Source: Synechococcus sp.
GTDB taxonomy: Bacteria > Cyanobacteriota > Cyanobacteriia > PCC-6307 > Cyanobiaceae
Direction: 5' to 3'
DNA length: 64,000 bases
Assembly (NCBI GenBank): GCA_047285805.1
Contig: JBJBCN010000002.1
Location: forward strand, 672,001 to 736,000
Under the pieces are notes generated by a model. The model did not search any database. It saw only the letters and a list, made by a program, of their open reading frames with translations, and was not told the origin of the DNA. This document shows, piece by piece, positions 60,260-64,000 of this stretch; within the stretch, counting starts at the first letter, position 1; each line of letters opens with the position of its first letter. A program made the position numbers and the translations under genes.

Positions 60260-61024
60260 GTGCCAAGCAATGCAGTGCTCCTACTTCGAGAAAAGATCTT
60301 TCGTTGGTTAGGGGAAGAAGAGAAGAACAGGACGACGAATCTTGGGAAAGCAATCGGTCTGGTGATCGTCTTTTCAGTTGGGCTCGCTGTTATTGCTACT
60401 GAGCCAATAGCACGAGACTCTTATGGCAGTCTACTGATAAAGCTTGATATAGCAGTTGCAGTGCTGTTTCTGGCTGAATACATCGTTAGGCTCTGGGTAG
60501 CCCCATTGAGAAAGGACGCCAGAGGAGGGGTAAGGGGTGCACTGGATTACGCGCTGACTCCTCTCGCCATTCTTGACCTGCTTGCAATTGCACCGACCAT
60601 TTTGGGTTTTGTGACTCCGGAGCTCTATCTTCTGCGAATCCTTCGCCTGGTACGAATAGGTCGCATTGGGCGCTCCAAGAGATTCAGGAAGAGTGTCAAG
60701 CACTTCAATCGAGCAATCGCATCAAAGAAGGAGGAATTACAGATCTCTGCTGTCTACACCGGAATCGTAATGTTTGTTAGTAGTGTTTTGATGTTTGTTG
60801 CGGAAGGGTCTGTCCAGCAAGAGCAGTTTGGATCGATCCCACGGTGCCTGTGGTGGTCAATTGTGACTGTGACAACCGTCGGCTATGGAGATGTTTATCC
60901 AGTTACGTTCTTTGGACGTGTTATCGCGGCATTGACTGCAATCTGCGGTGTTGCAGCGATCGCCATACCAATCGGGATTATTTCTGCAGGATTTACTGAG
61001 TCTCTCGGCTCCGAAAAGTCTTAA
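60260..61024 (+). CDS. Six-TM potassium channel (ion transporter)
   Basis: S4-like LLRILRLVRIGR; selectivity filter TTVGYGD. Confidence 0.92.
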   Translation: MPSNAVLLLREKIFRWLGEEEKNRTTNLGKAIGLVIVFSVGLAVIATEPIARDSYGSLLIKLDIAVAVLFLAEYIVRLWVAPLRKDARGGVRGALDYALTPLAILDLLAIAPTILGFVTPELYLLRILRLVRIGRIGRSKRFRKSVKHFNRAIASKKEELQISAVYTGIVMFVSSVLMFVAEGSVQQEQFGSIPRCLWWSIVTVTTVGYGDVYPVTFFGRVIAALTAICGVAAIAIPIGIISAGFTESLGSEKS

Positions 61025-61232
61025 AGAAGATTCTCGAATCCCTGCAGGGCATCAAAGAATTTCTCTGCGCACCTGGCATTAATGAACATGTATTTCTCGT
61101 AAAACCCTGACCGTGACCTGAGGGTGATTTCGCCAAAACTCATCAGCGGGAGCTGCCGATTATCGGTGTAACACTTGTCGCTGCCCCTTGAGCGCGTTAA
61201 AAAAGTCAGAGAAGTCCAACAACCCAAAACAG

Positions 61233-61598
61233 ATGCTTACTGATCAAGAACTGCTCGCCAAGGTCAAGGAGTTGGGTGATGCTCCAAAGACTGAGCTGGC
61301 AACCGCATGTGGATACGTCTCCAAGAAGAAGGACGGTTCAGACCGGGTGAACTTCACTGCCTTCTACGAGGCGCTCCTGAACGCGAAAGGCATTGACCTA
61401 GGCAATGGAGGCAAGAGTGTCGGGAAGGGAGGCAGGAAGCTTTCCTACACCGCAAAGGTTCAGTTCAACGGCAACCTGATGATCGGCAAGGCATACACCG
61501 CCATGCTCGACCTGAAACCAGGCGACGACTTTGAAATCAAATTGGGCAGGAAGTCGATCCGACTGATTCCTGTCGGTAGTTCTGAAGAAGAGGAGTAG
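61233..61598 (+). CDS. Cyanobacterial AbrB-like transcriptional regulator
   Basis: LLAKVKEL...ACGYV...NFTAFYEALL...GRKLSY...VQFNGNLMIGKAYT...FEIKLGRK. Confidence 0.92.
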   Translation: MLTDQELLAKVKELGDAPKTELATACGYVSKKKDGSDRVNFTAFYEALLNAKGIDLGNGGKSVGKGGRKLSYTAKVQFNGNLMIGKAYTAMLDLKPGDDFEIKLGRKSIRLIPVGSSEEEE

Positions 61599-61602
61599 GG
61601 AC

Positions 61603-61667
61603 AAAAAAAGAGGCGGGTTTCACCCCGCCTCAGGTTCTCCCTTGAAACCCATTCGAAGGTCTCGGAT
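61603..61667 (-). ncRNA. Candidate small RNA 2
   Basis: ATCCGAGAC...TGGGT...AGGGAGA, then a GAGGCGGG/CCCGCCTC hairpin with T7 on the minus strand. Confidence 0.45.
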
Positions 61668-61999
61668 CGATAGTGCGGCCAGGCATCAATCTATGACGTG
61701 CCTTTGGTCACCCATTGAGCCATGCGTGTGGCACTAAACACTCGGCCTGAGGTTCTCAGTGCAGTCAGTGGGCAGTGCCCCTCCAACGACCAGCCGAGAA
61801 AACCTCCATGGGATTACTAGCCACAGAGGTTTGCGCTCACAGCGACTGCGTCTGCGCCGTGCTGTCCGAAAAGATTCGAGACCAGTTTTGTGCTGGCGGA
61901 AACCGTCTGCAGCTCAGGCGACTGAGACCTGCTGTAGCTAAAGCTGCCTAGGTGCCGCTTGCACTTGCTGATGCCGACCCATTGAGAAGAGCCATAAGA

Positions 62000-62088
62000 T
62001 AAAAACCCCCGACTTCGAAACTAAGACGTCGGAGGGGTAATGGGCGGGCTCAGGGAGAAATCAGGGAGAGTGTTAGCTCCCCGGCGGA
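62000..62088 (-). ncRNA. Candidate small RNA 3
   Basis: GGGGAGCTAACACTCTCCC hairpin, two TCTCCCT motifs, terminal CCGAC/GTCGG hairpin with T5. Confidence 0.35.
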
Positions 62089-62398
62089 TCGCTTGGACTC
62101 GCCAATCAGCGTTCCTACGATCATTTATGGCAAAGCCCATTGGGGTGGTGCGAGGGCTTGTAAAGAAGCTCTACTGCGACTGCACACCCGCATACTGGCG
62201 CTTGGTACCAAAATGAGCCATAACCAAGGTCTGCCGTGCAGTGCATAGGGTGAGAGAGGAGCCTGGTGATGACCGGCTTTTTTCTTGTCAACACATCAGA
62301 TGGCCGACCCACTGCTCACTAGTGGGAAGTGGAAGGACTATCACTCGGCTTGAGCCACAGGCAAGCGGACTAATTAGGCACAAAATCAGGCACAGGGC

Positions 62399-62701
62399 TC
62401 AGATCAGTGCCGAGAGTTTGGTCCTGAAATCCCCCTTCGGCATGCCGCCTTTGATCTCCCCTTTAATACTGAACTCGCCTTCTGGGTCTTCGACTACGAG
62501 GTAAGTCGGCCAGCCCATTCCTTCTTTATTGGGGTACTGCGCCAACAAAACCTTGCGGAATTTCCTGTAGGTCTCCGTGTCCTGAAGCATTACGCTGACA
62601 AAGGTGCACCCCAACTCTTCGGTGACCTTGCTGTCGTAATGACTCATCCGGTGGCAGGTGCCGCAATCCTCGGAGCTGAACTTGAGGACCGTGAGTGTCA
62701 T
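62399..62701 (-). CDS. Thioredoxin-family (CGTC) protein; the integration target
   Basis: LKFSSEDCGTCHRMSHYD...GWPTYL...GGMPKGDFR. Confidence 0.88.
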   Translation of the reverse strand: MTLTVLKFSSEDCGTCHRMSHYDSKVTEELGCTFVSVMLQDTETYRKFRKVLLAQYPNKEGMGWPTYLVVEDPEGEFSIKGEIKGGMPKGDFRTKLSALI

Positions 62702-62725
62702 GCCAGGAGATGCAGCAGACACAAC

Positions 62726-62908
62726 CTAGTGGCACTGATCGAAGCTGATGTCACCTAAGAAACAAACATCGAGAAGACGTTGCAAAGCCGCCGCACGGGA
62801 GGGCAAGCCCCACTGCTCTTTGAGGGCATCCAAACGAGCTAAGTGAACAAGGCGGATGTCGCAGGTGACCTTGACACGCTCGTCACCCAGAAAAGGAAGG
62901 CTGTGCAT
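62726..62908 (-). CDS. Small ribbon-helix-helix-like protein
   Basis: VKVTCDI...LDALKEQWGLPSRAAALQRLL. Confidence 0.55.
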   Translation of the reverse strand: MHSLPFLGDERVKVTCDIRLVHLARLDALKEQWGLPSRAAALQRLLDVCFLGDISFDQCH

Positions 62909-63164
62909 CTCCCTCGCGAATCGCTGCCGCAACAATGGCCGCGATCAAGGGGATGTCAACGCAAGACCGGAACCGGCAGGTAGGCAGGTGCGAAGCTGCA
63001 GGCCAGGGCGAGCTGCCTAAGGGGCACACCAAAGACGGTGCTCACGACATCGATGGCAACGCGGGACAGCAACCGACCAACACTGTTATCCCAATTGTAA
63101 AGAGACGTAAAGCAGAGCTGAGGTTGCGGGTGTCAGGTCCGCAATCGGTCCAACGGGCGGGGGG

Positions 63165-63989
63165 TTAAGGCGAAGACTCAACGTTGAAGCCGGTGACTTC
63201 CTGCTTGCTGTCCAAGCGGTCGGCCAGGGGCCTCGCTTCTTGGGCCAGCTGGCGTTTCAGCAGAACCCGGTCGGTGACATCCCGTTGGACGGACACCCAA
63301 TGGGTGAACCAACCCGAGGAATCGGCTAGGGGTGAGACCTTGAGCTCAATCCAACACGTGGATTGATCACGCCGGTAGTTGATGACCTGCATCGTCGCGG
63401 ACTTCCACTGGTCCATCGCCGCCCGCAGCGCAGCCGTGCTCTCCTTTGAGGTCTCAGGCCCTTCGAATAAACGCGGACTGCGGCCCAACACCTCATGCAG
63501 GGCGAAGCCGGTGTGCTCCAACAGGGATTTGTTGGCGTAAACAATGATCGGACCAGGGGCGTCCAAGGGTTCAGCCAAGGTCTCCAACACAGCGTCCTGG
63601 GCGGTATCCAACACTCCTTCAAGAAGGCGCCGATAGGCGTCTTCGTTTGTTTCCGCGGGCCCGGCATCCAGGCGCTGGGCCCGGCGCCGCAACACACCGA
63701 CCCCAAAGCCAGAGTCCGAGGCAAACAAGCGAATCCGCGTGGCCAACTCCACACCGGTGGGGTGAGGAAGGGGCAGGACATGGTCCCTGGCTCCTTCGGC
63801 TAGGCGCCTGTGCTCTTGGACAATCAGGTCAGCCAGCTGTGGCCAGCAGTCGTGGATGGGTTGACCGCACCACTCCTGGGCGTGATGCCCCAAACGCTGC
63901 TGAACGCCTCGGTCCACATGGGTGATCACACCGCGCGCGCCGCAGAGCACCAAACCATCCCCGGGCTCCAGCAGGAAGAAAGGGTGCAT
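63165..63989 (-). CDS. PAS-domain protein (two PAS domains, no output domain)
   Basis: IVYAN...TGF...EVLGRSPRLFEG...NYRRD...W...VSVQRDVT. Confidence 0.85.
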   Translation of the reverse strand: MHPFFLLEPGDGLVLCGARGVITHVDRGVQQRLGHHAQEWCGQPIHDCWPQLADLIVQEHRRLAEGARDHVLPLPHPTGVELATRIRLFASDSGFGVGVLRRRAQRLDAGPAETNEDAYRRLLEGVLDTAQDAVLETLAEPLDAPGPIIVYANKSLLEHTGFALHEVLGRSPRLFEGPETSKESTAALRAAMDQWKSATMQVINYRRDQSTCWIELKVSPLADSSGWFTHWVSVQRDVTDRVLLKRQLAQEARPLADRLDSKQEVTGFNVESSP

Positions 63990-64000
63990 CTGAACAACCT

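Larger units (their letters stand above)
53854..62584. mobile_element. Decayed integrative element/genomic island inserted in a thioredoxin-like gene
   Basis: Flanking direct repeats, integrase remnant at the left end, visibly more AT-rich cargo, many pseudogenes. Confidence 0.82.

Noticed and set aside
63165..63560. Possible LOV photoreceptor
   Set aside because: The motif is GRSPRLFEG, lacking the photoactive Cys of GRNCRFLQG; called generic PAS
1..64000. CRISPR array, rRNA, intact transposase or prophage
   Set aside because: No regularly spaced repeat-spacer units, rRNA-like tracts, DDE transposase or phage structural genes seen

Overview
GC-rich picocyanobacterial (Synechococcus/Cyanobium-like) chromosome segment. 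About 1-31.5 kb is mostly core genes: cysteine desulfurase, dapF, a frameshifted hfq, leuS, pgi, purN, argC, ribBA, mtnP, murQ, dnaJ-dnaK, pstCAB, tRNA-Ser(GGA), hisZ and htpG. 31.7-45.9 kb is a glucosylglycerol/osmolyte cluster: ggpS, a sugar ABC transporter, a divergent GpsA-like protein, stpA/ggpP, treS, glpD, glpK and mscS. Next come rpmB, a peroxiredoxin, a circularly permuted ATP-grasp/alpha-E/transglutaminase operon preceded by NtcA boxes, a GT2 and csaB. The most notable structure is a decayed ~8.7 kb integrative element (53.85-62.58 kb) inserted inside a CxxC thioredoxin-like gene. It duplicates 179 bp of the gene's 3' half and retains a XisA-like integrase remnant and paired GGCACA repeats at both ends. 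Its cargo includes an unannotated 33-aa peptide behind an NtcA box and a glutamine-riboswitch-like leader, several related candidate sRNAs and leader motifs, a K+ channel, an AbrB-like regulator and several pseudogenes. All calls come from reading the sequence by eye; no searches were run.
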